DNA from: Diplonema japonicum
Taxonomy: Eukaryota; Protista; Euglenozoa: Diplonemea
Assembly: GCA_964019335.1 (NCBI GenBank)
Contig: OZ025731.1
Span: 1 to 64,000, forward strand
Length of the DNA: 64,000 nt
Reading direction: 5' to 3'
The notes below the pieces were generated by a model. That model was not told the origin of the DNA, searched no databases, and worked only from the letters and a program-made list of their open reading frames with translations. Of the stretch, positions 33,718-45,143 are shown piece after piece. Positions within the stretch are counted from its first letter, which is position 1. Each line of letters starts with the position of its first letter. The position numbers and the translations under genes were made by a program.

Positions 33718-34246
33718 ATCATTTACTGTAACCACCGAGAATTTCCCTTATTATTCCCGCATTTTTTTTTTCCCATGGGTACCGAACCTGCATCCAAGAC
33801 TCCAAAAAGCCCAAGAATCATTTTAAAAAAAACCGTTTGGTGGGGGGGAAAAACCGATAGAGGTACAAGCTCTACTTACAGACTTTCGTGGAAAAAGGTT
33901 TTGCTTACCGCGAACGGTGTTTTCTCAGTTATTATTATTTATTACTATTTTTTTTTTTTTTTTTAATCCACAGGACTTGGAATACTATATTACGGAAGCC
34001 GCGGATATTATGGGCCTGACAAAGAAGCTTACCCCCAACAATGAGATCGTATGCGCCCCACGTAGCACAATACCATTTTTGACACAGCTGGACGCCAAGA
34101 CTGTGATCGAGTACATCTTTAAGCAGATAGTGCAGTTCAAGAAGCTGAACCACGAAGAGCTGGAGAAGGGAAAGAAGAGCAAGCCATCTACTCCAGTCGG
34201 CGGTATCGCCGAGACAGCTACCCCCCTTGCGAATTTCTTAGAATAG
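28355..34246 (+). CDS. IFT52: Intraflagellar transport protein 52
   Basis: VVRTVHYKYYHPKEA, FVYPQGGTL, KHEPLTLIQPEF, ALDLFDLDEHFASE. Exons 28355-29557, 29599-29682, 33974-34048 and 34088-34246. Confidence 0.93.
29716..33926. mobile_element. TIR (MITE-like) element in IFT52 intron 2, host of the nested LINE
   Basis: GAGAAAAACACCGTTCATGGTAAG (29716-29739) is the inverse of CTTACCGCGAACGGTGTTTTCTC (33904-33926). Confidence 0.75.
29852..33685 (+). mobile_element. 5'-truncated APE-RT non-LTR retrotransposon; single frame with two nonsense codons
   Basis: APE remnants (VIVTGD*N, TRPDYIL); RT (RPITV, DFKKCFDSV, GILQGCPISP, YADD); C-terminal CxxC..H....C. In-frame stops at 30050-30052 and 32042-32044. 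ORFs 30203 and 32261 share one frame. Confidence 0.9.
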
Positions 34247-34855
34247 AGAAAATATATTAGATCCTCGATCTGCTATTGGTGGCTTTTTATTTTATTTTTA
34301 TTCTTAACCTAATGAACATCTTAGGACGGTGAAAAAACCGTTTTCCCGCCGATTGCAGAAAACCCGTTCCAAATACGGATTCAGTGGATCTACTTTATAA
34401 AGAAGGAAGAAAAAAAAAAAAAAAAGAAAAAGAAAAAAAAAAAAAAAAAAAAAAAACGGAAGGGTAAACATTCCTAGCATTTCCCCGAATAGGGGGGCGT
34501 TTGCCCTATTTTCGTGCGTTCACACTAGCAGGCCAATGAAAGAGAAAAGGAAGTAAGAAAGAACGGGAAAAAAAGAAAACAAAACAAAACTGAAGGGTCG
34601 TAGGGGGGCAAAGTAATAGATTTGAGGATGACCTCCCCACCCTTCCCCCTCCCCCTTTTTTTCATGACTGAATTAGTGGTATTCTTTTTTTCTTCTTTTT
34701 TTTTTCTCCTTCTTATGTTTGAATAGTCCACCCCTTCTGTCCCTCAGCCCATTAAAATAACCCAATTGTCCCCCCCCCCCCCCCCCCCCCCTTCTGATCT
34801 GGTAAAAGTGGGTGCAGCCCTTATTCATACCAATTATCACTATTACAAGGCAAAG

Positions 34856-37579
34856 ATGTTGAAGGATGAGGTGGAAAGGAAGAGATCTGTGCCGAAGAAG
34901 AGTCAGCAGCACCGGCCTGTGGGACAGACGCAGGGGATGTCGCTGCTGCCGTACTCGAGGATGTCGAACTTGAAGGCATCGTGGAGCAGCGGGGACTTTG
35001 GGTCGCCGTGTTCTCTGCAGGGCAGCATTGTGTTGAAGTTCGGTGGGAGCAGTGTGGGGAATAAGCTAAAACAGGTTCTTGCTCTCATTGAACGACACGC
35101 CAGGGAGGGTGCGGTGGCTGTGGTGGTGAGTGCCATGGGGAAGACCACCGACCACCTCATCGATGCTGCAGACAAAGCATGTCTCTCGTGCATCGAGGAG
35201 TCGCACGAGAAGGTCGCGCTGATCGAAGAGATAGCGGTTGCCAACATCGACAAGCACTGCACAGACGTGGGTGCCAAGTGTTCCATCATCGACAAGGTCC
35301 GGGCGCTCCTCCAAGACCTGCGCCAGCTGCTGCTCGGCATCAGCTTAGTTAGAGAGCTCTCCCCTGCAACACTCGACAGGCTGCTCTCCTTCGGCGAGAG
35401 GCTTTCTGCATTGGTAGTCGCATCTCTTCTTACCGTGAACGGAACACCCGCACACCCTGTCGACGGGAAGGACTGGGTGGTCACAGATGACGAACACGGC
35501 AAAGCACGTGTCGAGTGGGCAGAAACACAGGAAAAGCTCACAAAGGCCCTGCAGGCGTGGCCCGAAGCGTCCGTTCCTATTGTGACAGGGTTCTTGGGGT
35601 GCACAGTGGACGGCAGACGCACGACCCTGGGCAGGAACGGCTCTGATTACACAGCATCGCTGCTAGGATTGGGCATCGGTGCTTGCAAGGTGATCATCAA
35701 CACAGACGTCCCTGGGGTGTTCACTGCGGATCCCGGCATAGTTAAAGAGGCCTATCCTGTCTCGGAGCTCTCGTATGTGGAGGCAATGGAGTTGTCCATC
35801 TACGGGTCACGCATGTTCCACCCGCGCACGATCCTGCCTCTCGTGGACCAGAGGATACCCATGGTTATTAGAAACACAGACGACCCCGATGGCCCCGCCA
35901 CCGTCATCATGGACGCCGTGTCTGCGGACAGATCTGCCGTGCATGGTGCACAAGCCACATGTGTCACGCAGCTGGAGAACATGGCAGTGCTGAGCCTGAG
36001 GTCGCGGCTGGGGCAGCCAGGGAGCATCCCTGTGCAGCACATAGGGTTGCGTTTGACGTCGTGTCTGGGCACCGCTAATGTTAAGATCCATCACGCTAGT
36101 TTTGCCGCCAATGGGCAGGCAGTTCACGTTGTGATGAGCCAAGACCAGGCGGAGGAGGCCAAAGAGGCATTGCTCAGAGAGTTCGAGAGGGAGGTGCGGC
36201 TGCACGAGCTTGACGAAATGAACCTGTGGCAGCCTGTATCACTACTATCGCTGGTGAGGGCGCCTCAAACTGTCGTTCCAAAATTCTTCGCGGCACTGAC
36301 TGCTGCACGTGTGAAGGTGCGGTCCATCGGGCAGGGCTCGGACAGCTCGTCGGTGTCATGCGTCATCGACAGCCACGACACTGCTGTCGCTGTCAGGTGC
36401 GCACACACAGCCATTAATCTAGGACATCAGATTGTTAGCTTACTAGTGTTGGGGAACAACAGCAGCTCGCGGGGACTACTCCAAAGGATCAAAAGCAAGT
36501 ACGAATCGCTTTTGGCAAAATACAAAGTTGAGCTGCGTGTGGTGGCGGTATACCACACATGCGGGCAGGACCACAGCGCGGACCAGACAGAGAAGGATAC
36601 AACGGAGCTTCACGAGGAGGGCTTAGATCTCAACGGGAAGCTGAAGGAGATGGGGAGCTGCACATGCAACGATGACTCGCTACCGCGGGGGAAGAGGATG
36701 AGCAGCATCGTCCCTGTACGAGTGCTGCAGCGGTTGAGGCAGATGTCGTGCCCCATGGTTGTGGACTGCAACAGATTGGACATAGAGGTGTCGGACTTCT
36801 ACAGAACATGCCAACAGCTTGGGGTCAACGTGGTGGTGAGCAATGCATCGTCGATCGTGCGGCTGGGGCGCAACAAGCTACCGTGCAGCATGGACGGGGA
36901 GCTCATCACGTATGACACATCGGTGGGGGCTTCGGTGCCCATCTGCGACACGATCAGAATGCTGAACCAAATGGGCGACGAAGTGGTGCGCATAGAGGGC
37001 TCGCTATCAGGCACATGCGGCTTCATCGCTGTAGGCCTGACCAACGGTGGCAAGCTCTCGGAGGTGGTGGGTGATGCTATCGCCAAGCAGTACGCAGAGC
37101 CGCATGTTGCATCTGACCTATCGGGGCTGGACACAGCAAGGAAGCTGGTAGCGCTGGCAAGACACATGGGCAAAGTGCTGCGGCTGGAGGACATCGAACG
37201 CAAGCCGTTGGTTAGTGAGGAGATTCTGCAAGAGCTGCAAGAAGCGGACGGGGAGAGCATTGTCTCCGTTCTACAGAAGCACGATGCCGTCTTCGACAAC
37301 GGGATGGACACCGTGCGCCATGATGGGAAGAAGCTGGCCTACATCGCAGAGATGGACTTCAGCAATGACACAGTGAAGGCGTCTCTAGGACCACGCTTTG
37401 TCACTGTAGACCACCCTGCTTACCAACTCAAGGACACAGAGATCTACGCGCAGATAGAACGAGATGGCTTCCGGTCAGAGCACCCCCTCATTCTGCAGGG
37501 CCCTGGGTGCGGCTCCTCTTCTGCGGTCGGCATCGTCGGTGACATTTTGAAAACAGCGCTGAAGCTGCAAGGACTGTGA
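34856..37579 (+). CDS. Bifunctional aspartokinase / homoserine dehydrogenase-like protein (ThrA/MetL architecture)
   Basis: KFGGSSV, VVSAMGKTTD, TTLGRNGSDYTAS, TDVPGVFTADP, ACT region, and C-terminal YAEP..DLSGLDTARKL. Confidence 0.9.
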   Translation: MLKDEVERKRSVPKKSQQHRPVGQTQGMSLLPYSRMSNLKASWSSGDFGSPCSLQGSIVLKFGGSSVGNKLKQVLALIERHAREGAVAVVVSAMGKTTDHLIDAADKACLSCIEESHEKVALIEEIAVANIDKHCTDVGAKCSIIDKVRALLQDLRQLLLGISLVRELSPATLDRLLSFGERLSALVVASLLTVNGTPAHPVDGKDWVVTDDEHGKARVEWAETQEKLTKALQAWPEASVPIVTGFLGCTVDGRRTTLGRNGSDYTASLLGLGIGACKVIINTDVPGVFTADPGIVKEAYPVSELSYVEAMELSIYGSRMFHPRTILPLVDQRIPMVIRNTDDPDGPATVIMDAVSADRSAVHGAQATCVTQLENMAVLSLRSRLGQPGSIPVQHIGLRLTSCLGTANVKIHHASFAANGQAVHVVMSQDQAEEAKEALLREFEREVRLHELDEMNLWQPVSLLSLVRAPQTVVPKFFAALTAARVKVRSIGQGSDSSSVSCVIDSHDTAVAVRCAHTAINLGHQIVSLLVLGNNSSSRGLLQRIKSKYESLLAKYKVELRVVAVYHTCGQDHSADQTEKDTTELHEEGLDLNGKLKEMGSCTCNDDSLPRGKRMSSIVPVRVLQRLRQMSCPMVVDCNRLDIEVSDFYRTCQQLGVNVVVSNASSIVRLGRNKLPCSMDGELITYDTSVGASVPICDTIRMLNQMGDEVVRIEGSLSGTCGFIAVGLTNGGKLSEVVGDAIAKQYAEPHVASDLSGLDTARKLVALARHMGKVLRLEDIERKPLVSEEILQELQEADGESIVSVLQKHDAVFDNGMDTVRHDGKKLAYIAEMDFSNDTVKASLGPRFVTVDHPAYQLKDTEIYAQIERDGFRSEHPLILQGPGCGSSSAVGIVGDILKTALKLQGL

Positions 37580-38153
37580 GTACTATTTATGTTAGCGTGC
37601 GTGCGAACATTGCCGAGAAAAAAAAGAAAAAAAAAAAAGACACAAAACGGGTTTCAGAGAATCAGGAAAAAAAAAAAAAGAAAAAAAAAAAACAGAGAGA
37701 AATACAAACTCAATCCCCTTCACACCCATTCTCTTTGTTTGATGCGTTCTCCCCTTTTGTTGCCCTTTTCCGTGTCGCTTCCCCCCCCCTTCCCCCTTTC
37801 TTGAAGAAAGGTTCCCACTCTTCTCAAGTAAGGCTGACGCTTTTTTTTTTCTTCCCTTATGGTGTGTACTTGTTGTTGTTTTTTTTTTTTTTTTTTCTTT
37901 TTTTTTTTTTGCCTCTATGTTTTCAGACGCGAGGAAAGGGAAGCAGAAAAGAAAAAAAAAAAAAGGACGAGAAAGAAATATACCTTATTCTCTTTCTGCT
38001 ATTCCTCCACTGCTGCGTACGAAATACCCCCCCCCCCCCATCTCAATTTGCTGCTGTGTGTGTCGTTTCATATCTTTCCCCTCCTTATGTTTGACATAAA
38101 AAAAAAAGACACAAGAAGAAAGGGAAAAAAAAAAAAAAGAAAGAAAGAAAGCA

Positions 38154-39073
38154 ATGTACCGACGTGGGGCGGCGCTGGACACACAGGCGTACAGGAACGG
38201 GTATCCGGGGAAGAAGGACGACATGACAAAAAACAAAAACCTTGATTTCTACAGAGGGGACATAGTGTGTGTCCCTGACAGGGTGACCATAGAGGAGATA
38301 CACGAGGACTGGTGGGGGCAGTACAGGAAACTGGAATGGAACCACGGGTACATCCAGTGGCTGTTCCCCATCAGGGAGCAAGGCCTGAACTTCAGAGCCG
38401 ACGAGCTTCAGCTACACGAAGCAAGATCTATCGCAGAAGACCCTAAGCTACAGCGGAAAATATTGAAATCCTACGAAATGATGCTCGACTTCTATGGCAT
38501 GCAGCTTGACAGGAAGACAGGCGAAGTGTGCAAAAGCGACGGGTATGCAGAGAGGTACTACAACCTGTCAACAAGCGGGCATAATTTTTTGAGGATTACG
38601 AGAATTCTAAAATGCTTAGGCGAAGTAGGGCTCGAGAGTTACAAGCTTCCGTGGCTCAAGCACTTCTACAGGGAGGTGCTTGTTACCAAGGATTTGAAAG
38701 GTTTGCCTTTTTTTTTTCTTTTTTTTTTTTTTTTTTTTTTTCTTTTTCTTTTTTTTTTTTTTGTACACCCTTCTTTACAGCTGTCGAAAGTTCGCTACGA
38801 GGCTACTGGGCAGGCACCTTGCGGAACCCTTCAGATGTAGATGAGCTAGATGCCTACGTTGCTGAATTAACCACAGCGCGTAAAGGCAAAAAGCCCTGCA
38901 CGAAAAAATCTTCCCGCGTCGCAAGGCCCGTTAAACCATCTCTGTCTTTGGAGCCTGAGGACACCTTGGACACGGAGGTCACTGAGGACACCTTGGTTAC
39001 TGAGGTCGCTGAGGACACATTGGACACCCTGGACACGGAGGTCACTGAGAAAATCAGCTCTCTCGCCGACTGA
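38154..39073 (+). CDS. OGFr (opioid growth factor receptor) conserved-domain protein
   Basis: LEWNHGYIQWLFP, MLDFYG, HNFLRITRILKCL. Intron 38701-38780. C-terminal EDTLDTEVT repeats. Confidence 0.88.
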
Positions 39074-39421
39074 TTCTAGTAAATTTTCCATTTTTTTTCT
39101 TCTTCCTGTTGTGGTGGCGCAACTTAGAAAAAAAAAAAGAGGGAAACCCATAAAAAAGAAGGAAAAAAAAAAAATAAGCCACTACTATCCCATCTATATT
39201 TTTTTTTTCACCCCTTCGAATAAAAAAAAAAAGAGTAGCTCAGAAGAGCAAAGAGGGCGCCATAACCCCTTGTGCGGGTGGTAAAAATCTTGGAGGGAAA
39301 ACATAACCTTTTCTTTCCAAACAGTCACGACTCTCCCATTGCTTCCACTCCCTCTTCTTTTTCCCCCCCCCCTTTTTTTCTTACACGCACCCCCCCCACC
39401 AGGCGCCTTGCATACGGCGGG

Positions 39422-40096
39422 ATGCCGCTCTCCGACGGAGGTAGGGTCCAGTGCGAGGCTATCGGTGTGCTGCGAGACTTGAAGGAGTCGTTCTCGCAGC
39501 TGTACGACGACATCGAGCAGTACAAGACACAGAGCAAGGATGTGGAGGTGAAGATAAAAGGATGCAGAGAAGTGCTGCGGCAGATGCAGATAGGGAAAGG
39601 AACAGAAATCTTATCACCAGGAACGCTGTTTGAGAAGGATGTACGGGACACCTTGGAGGAGACAGAGAGGCTGCTACAGAAGACAGAAGATTTGACGAAG
39701 AAGAAAGTGGGCGAGGTGGAGGAGGTGGTCCATGATGAGGCCGCAGCACGCGACAATATTGTGTCTGAGGAACACGGCGAGACAGCAAAGCATGGAACCG
39801 ACTTGAAGGAGCTGCAGGATCTTGTTAAATGGCAGTCCCGTGACCACACCCGTGGCTCCAGTACCGTCACCCTCCCAGTCCTCCCTGCTTCCACTTCCAC
39901 CGCTGCGTCCACTCCAGCCACTTCTGACTCTGTGGACACAATAGATACACATGTGCAGCAGTTGCTCGACTCTGGTGTTTGGAAAGCCAAGCAGGACACC
40001 CGTGGGCATACCTATTACTACAAAGCAGATGACAAGAAGACACGAGTCTGGAACCTTAAGAAACATATTGCCGCTGAGTTGGAGAAGCAGAAATGA
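39422..40096 (+). CDS. Coiled-coil protein with a C-terminal WW domain
   Basis: WKAKQDTRGHTYYYKADDKKTRVW. Confidence 0.75.
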   Translation: MPLSDGGRVQCEAIGVLRDLKESFSQLYDDIEQYKTQSKDVEVKIKGCREVLRQMQIGKGTEILSPGTLFEKDVRDTLEETERLLQKTEDLTKKKVGEVEEVVHDEAAARDNIVSEEHGETAKHGTDLKELQDLVKWQSRDHTRGSSTVTLPVLPASTSTAASTPATSDSVDTIDTHVQQLLDSGVWKAKQDTRGHTYYYKADDKKTRVWNLKKHIAAELEKQK

Positions 40097-40172
40097 TAGG
40101 GAGTGGGAAAAAAAAAAGAAAAAAAAAAGAGGGAAGAAAAAAAAAAGAGAAAAAAAAAAAAAAATAGCTATT

Positions 40173-40234
40173 TACTGCCAACAAGTAATGACTTTACCGT
40201 TACCTCGAGGTCGGTAAAGCATTACTTGGCGGTA
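40173..40234. repeat. ~60-bp imperfect palindrome centred on ACCTCGAGGT
   Basis: TACTGCCAACAAGTAATGACTTTACCG / CGGTAAAGCATTACTTGGCGGTA. Confidence 0.85.
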
Positions 40235-41400
40235 GGTAAGTGGTTTTATTTCACGACACTCTGAAATTACTTACCACGAGGGGCACAACAGGGTGACAAG
40301 GGGTACAACAAGAGAGGGGTTACAAAGGTTACAATACAAGTTGTTTTTCCTCCTTTTGTTGACTAAGAGCTGCCGCTGTCGCTGGCATTGCCACTGTCAC
40401 CATCTCTAATCAGGCCTTCCCATACCTAGCGCGGCCGCTGGCTCCTTTTTTTCTGCTGCTTCGGTATTTTGAAGTCTTTTGGGGTGCTTGGGTAAGCTGA
40501 CTAAGTTACCCTTGCCCACAGAAGAGTTACCCACAGAAACTGGGAACAAGGCCTAGCCAAAAGTGGGCAAATTGGGAGGAAAAAGTAGTCCAACTTGGAA
40601 CTGAGCCGAGGCAAAAGTTGGCCAATTGAGCTGAACCTGGGGGGAAATAGCAAACTGAGAGAAAAAGTTGCCCCACTGGGAACCGAACCGAGGCAAAAAT
40701 TGGCCTACCGAGGCATATTATTTAACGGAAACCCCCTATTACTTCACGGAAAACAGGCCATTATTTCACCGTGAAGTAATGAGATTTAGCGTGAAGTAAT
40801 GGCCCCCCCAGTGCGTGAAGTAATTTCTGAAGAGTGAAATAAAAAAAAAAAAAAACACGCTCAGTTAGCTCTGGAGTGTTTTGGAACGAATGAGGGTTTT
40901 GATTTTTTTTTTCTCTTTTTTGGATGGAGTGAAATGAAAGTGGAAACCAAGAAGAAAAACAAAAAACTAAAATATGGGGTACCGTGAGAGGAACCCATGT
41001 GTAGGAGAGGTGCCTATTCATTTTCTCCCTCTCCTACTTCCAGTTCAGTTATGGTATATTCAATGAAATTAAATGGGGAAGAGCTTCAAGGCGAGGCTCT
41101 TTGAAAGCTAAACCAGACTGCAAATTACAAGTAACAATCAATTTCCTTCCCTCCCCCCCCTTTTTTTTGGGATGGACAGAACCACTTGTTATTGTGCTTG
41201 CATCCCACATCTCACCAATCATTGTAAAAAACAGCTTTCGGGGGGGGGGGGGGGGGGGAAGGGGGAAATAAATTGAAGGCCATTCTTTACACTCGTGGCA
41301 AGGTGCCCGGAGTGGTTCTTTGAAATTTCTTTACTTCGGAAAATACACAAAAAAAAATAATTTGAAAGCAAACGGATTTAGAGATATGAGATGTTATCAA

Positions 41401-41432
<32 letters not shown>

Positions 41433-42469
41433 AAAAAGGTTGTTGGTGCTCATGAAGCCCTTCGTGTCCTCGTTAGTGGGTCAACGCTAATAAGAAATAT
41501 GCCCAGCATACTGCTTGGCACACTCTAGATGATGTGAGATGATAACAAAGAGAAAAAAAGAAGAAGAAAAAGAGGGGGAAAAAAAAATACGTGTAGTAGG
41601 ACTGGGTGGAGTAGAAGGAACATCAAAGGCATAAGTCATAAATAATTTTATTTTTTCTCCCCCCCCCTTTTTATATTTCTCGAGCGGTGGTTAGATAAGA
41701 GTGTAGAACGGAAACCATTTCAAAAAATGTCCAGTTTTCTTTTTTTTTTTTTTTCTTCCTCTTCTCTTTTCTTCTTCTTTCGAGGGCCAATGTGTATTTC
41801 CTGTAAAACCGTACCAGTATCCCCCTTTATCCCTTCCCTTCACGAGCAGTGTATGGTGAGGGGCTGCTTGTTTGGTTTTTTTTTCTCTTTTTTTTTTTAT
41901 ATATAACTCCAGTCAGATTTTCAAGGGTGGGAGTGAATATAATATTTCACATTATTTCACGCTTCACTTTATTTTCATTGCAGATTTCAGGCTTGTTTTA
42001 GGAAGAAAACAGGGGCAGCAATGAAAATTACTTTATGAGTGAATATAAAGTACTTTATATTCACGCTTGCCTATTTTCACTGCACAGCAAGGGGTTGGGG
42101 GCGCAAACACGGAAAAGAAATCACCTAAGTGGTTACCACACAGGCCTCTTGTTTTGGAAACCCCGGTTCGAATCTGGGAATCTCACTTTTTACGTCACTC
42201 AAGGATCTGGTCGCCTCTCAACAGAAGGGGAGAGAGGTGGGCTTGGCAAGCCAGCAGCGGTGACAGCTGCTAGTGGGGCAACCTCAGCAACCCAGGCAGC
42301 AGCCTCACAGGTCCAGACCGAGGTCCTGTCAGCACTCATGGACGCACAGCCCGCACCACACAGGATATGCCTTGACAATCAATATCAACCCAGTAAAATT
42401 TTAACTTGTAACTTGTAACCTGTAATACCCCACCCTTTCAAATCTGACTGACGTTAAATAAAACAACGG

Positions 42470-42654
42470 ATTTAGTGAAAATAGATCCGATTTTCACTTG
42501 TGGTGGCATGTTTAACTCGTTGATGTTACTTCACTCGCTTCGCTCGTGAAGTAGACATTCATGACTGCACTCGCTTCGCTCGTGAAGTCATATACCCACT
42601 CGTTAAACCACTGCCACTACGCGTGAAAATCATACGATCTTATTTTCACTAAAT
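42470..42654. repeat. Y/T-shaped palindrome: long outer inverted repeat enclosing two hairpins with the loop TCGCTTCGCTC
   Basis: Outer arms 42470-42516 and 42602-42654; inner hairpins 42527-42553 and 42561-42591. Confidence 0.88.
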
Positions 42655-43135
42655 AAATAGTTATTTTTTTTTTTTTTTGTAACTAGTCCGTAGTGGGCTT
42701 ACTCCGTTTGTGTTATCTTTTAACAAAAAAAAAAGAAATTCCTAAGAACGTGTTTTTTCAAAGATAATTGCTGCTTCTTTTTATTTCTTTTTTTTTTTTT
42801 CCTCGTCTTCTTTTTCTCTATATATATATGAGGTCACATCCTTCTTATCCGCAGCAGTATGTGGCACCCCCCTTTTTTTATTTCACTTTCCTTTTCAACA
42901 AGAAGACTAACCAAAAAAGCAAAAAAAAAGGGCGGCCGTGAGAAGATGAATGAAAAAAAAAAAAAACAAAAAACAAAAAACCCACATTTTTTTTTTTTTT
43001 TTTTTTTTTTTTAGATTGCTCCTTAACGGTTTTTTTTTTCTTTTTTTTTTTCCAAACAAAATTACATTTTGCTCCCACCCTTACCTCCCCCCCCCCCCCC
43101 CCCCCCCCCATCCTACCCCTCTTTATCTCAGGGGA

Positions 43136-43949
43136 ATGGCGTTGGCAGGGCAGAACATATGCTTTACCGGCGCGCTGCCCATTGTGAGGGTCAAGGCGGT
43201 GGAATATGCCACAAAAATGGGGGCGGCAGTGCAGAACACAGTAACGGGATCCACGAATATTCTGGTGGTGGCAGGGGAGGGGATGAAGACGTCTAAGGTG
43301 GAGAAAGCGAAACAAAACAAGAACATTGAAATCTGGAAAGCGGAGGAGTTCATGGACATCATCGACGACTGGACACGCAGTAAGAAACGGAAAGCACAGG
43401 AGGAGGCATCAAAGGAGAAACAAAAAGCCACAAAAAAGAAACACGACGACACACCAGCAGGCTACTCAGACGTCACCCTCTACCACCACAAAGGGGGCTG
43501 CAAGAAGATCATCTCTATCTCCATCGGCTATGGCAACGGAGGGGACACTGTCCCTGTTGTCTATGACACCAACACGGCACGGCATATAAACCTTGCCCCA
43601 GCTACCCTTCAAAAGCCCTTAAATGCTGTTATTGAGGGAGACAACGCCTCTCCTGCCTGGTCGATTATCTCTGCTTTGGGTATAGATCGCCGATACCACT
43701 CCGGAGCCAGAGTTGATATTGTATGGATGAGGGAAAAAAAAAAAAAAAAAAAAAAAAATGCAGATGACTAAGCACACCCTCTCCCCTACTCACCCCGTCT
43801 GGGTCGGGCTTAAGGTTTACAAGGACCCATTTGTGTTCACTCTCACAGGCCCTGACGCGCCGCATATTCCTCCTATTTTCTACGGAGCTGTGTGTGAAGA
43901 GAATGCCTGCATTGTGGGGTGTCTGACAATACAAGAAGATATGGAATGA
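43136..43949 (+). CDS. BRCT-domain protein
   Basis: LAGQNICFTGAL..., VTGSTNILVVAGE...SKVEKAK (ligase/RFC1-type BRCT). Intron 43721-43763. Confidence 0.8.
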
Positions 43950-44197
43950 TGTTTAGTTCCCCCCTCCCCCACCTTTTTTTTGTCTCCCCCCCCCCCCTAT
44001 TTTAGCCTACTTCTTTTTATTCCCGGGTAGAGGGGCAAAAAAAAATGATTTGTCCTTTTTTTTTTCGAGCCATGTTTGATATGACAATCCGATCACAGGT
44101 GAGGGGGAGCGTAGGGGGTGTGTGGAAGAGGGTGATAGATAGAAAAAAAAGAAAAATAAAGGAAAGAGGAAAGAGAAGAAGAAAAAAAATAATAATA

Positions 44198-44929
44198 ATG
44201 TCTTCTCCAAAAATAGAGAAGAAGAAAACAGTGGCTGTGTCAAACGTGAACCCCGACCTCACGGAAAAGGAGGTATTCCTTACAATAATAATTTAAAAAA
44301 AAAAGAAAAAAAAAAAAAACCGAAACAGGTTATCGATTTCTTCAGTTATTGCGGGGAAGTGGAGAATGTGAGGTTCTTCCCCGACCCCCAAAACCCAGGG
44401 ACAAACAAGGCTGTGGTGATGTACGAACAGCACGAGTCTGCAGAGATGGCTCAGATGCTGTCAGGCTCGCTGTTAGGGGAGCATGAAATTTCTGTTGATG
44501 CTGTTAAGGTACCTGTTTAAAAAAAAGAAATTCTTATAACACTCTCAGGTCGATCCCTCACCCATCACCATGACTGAGGTATCTGAGGCTTTCCGCTCCT
44601 TCGTCGGGAGGCGGAGTCGTGCAGGGTCGAACGCAAGCACCCCACGAGCAACCCCCACCCATGCCGAGACGACACGCGCACGCCGACGAAAAAGATCCGG
44701 CACAGAAAAAAAGCTCGAAGAAAATATGCAAAAATACAAATCCTATTTCCAGCGGATGTCCAAAGACCAGAAGGTTGCCTCTGCTGGCGCTCTCTGCCTC
44801 GCAGCTGCGGGTGCCGTTTTCGTCGGCAAGCAGGTTTCTCAAAATAGAAGAATGCAGCGCGAACGCGAAACACGCGCACTTGTCGCAGCCTACGACCACC
44901 TCTTCAGAGAGGGACCCAAGGGGAACTGA
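44198..44929 (+). CDS. RRM-containing protein with a C-terminal hydrophobic segment
   Basis: TVAVSNVNPDLTEKE|VIDFFSYCGEV. Introns 44273-44328 and 44509-44548. Confidence 0.8.
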
Positions 44930-45143
44930 TCTTCTCAATGTAACCAAACGAGGAAAAAAGTCCCCCCCCCCACACCTTCCAAATAGACGTCCGTAGTACT
45001 GTTCGTTCCTTCTATTGTCCCCTCCCTCCTATCCCCCCCATGTTTTATTTATTTTTTGTCGCCTGGCCGAAAAAAAAAAAAACACGAATTGCAGACTGCA
45101 GAACATGAGGGGGCACTGTGTGCTGCCATAGACATGTGCTAAA

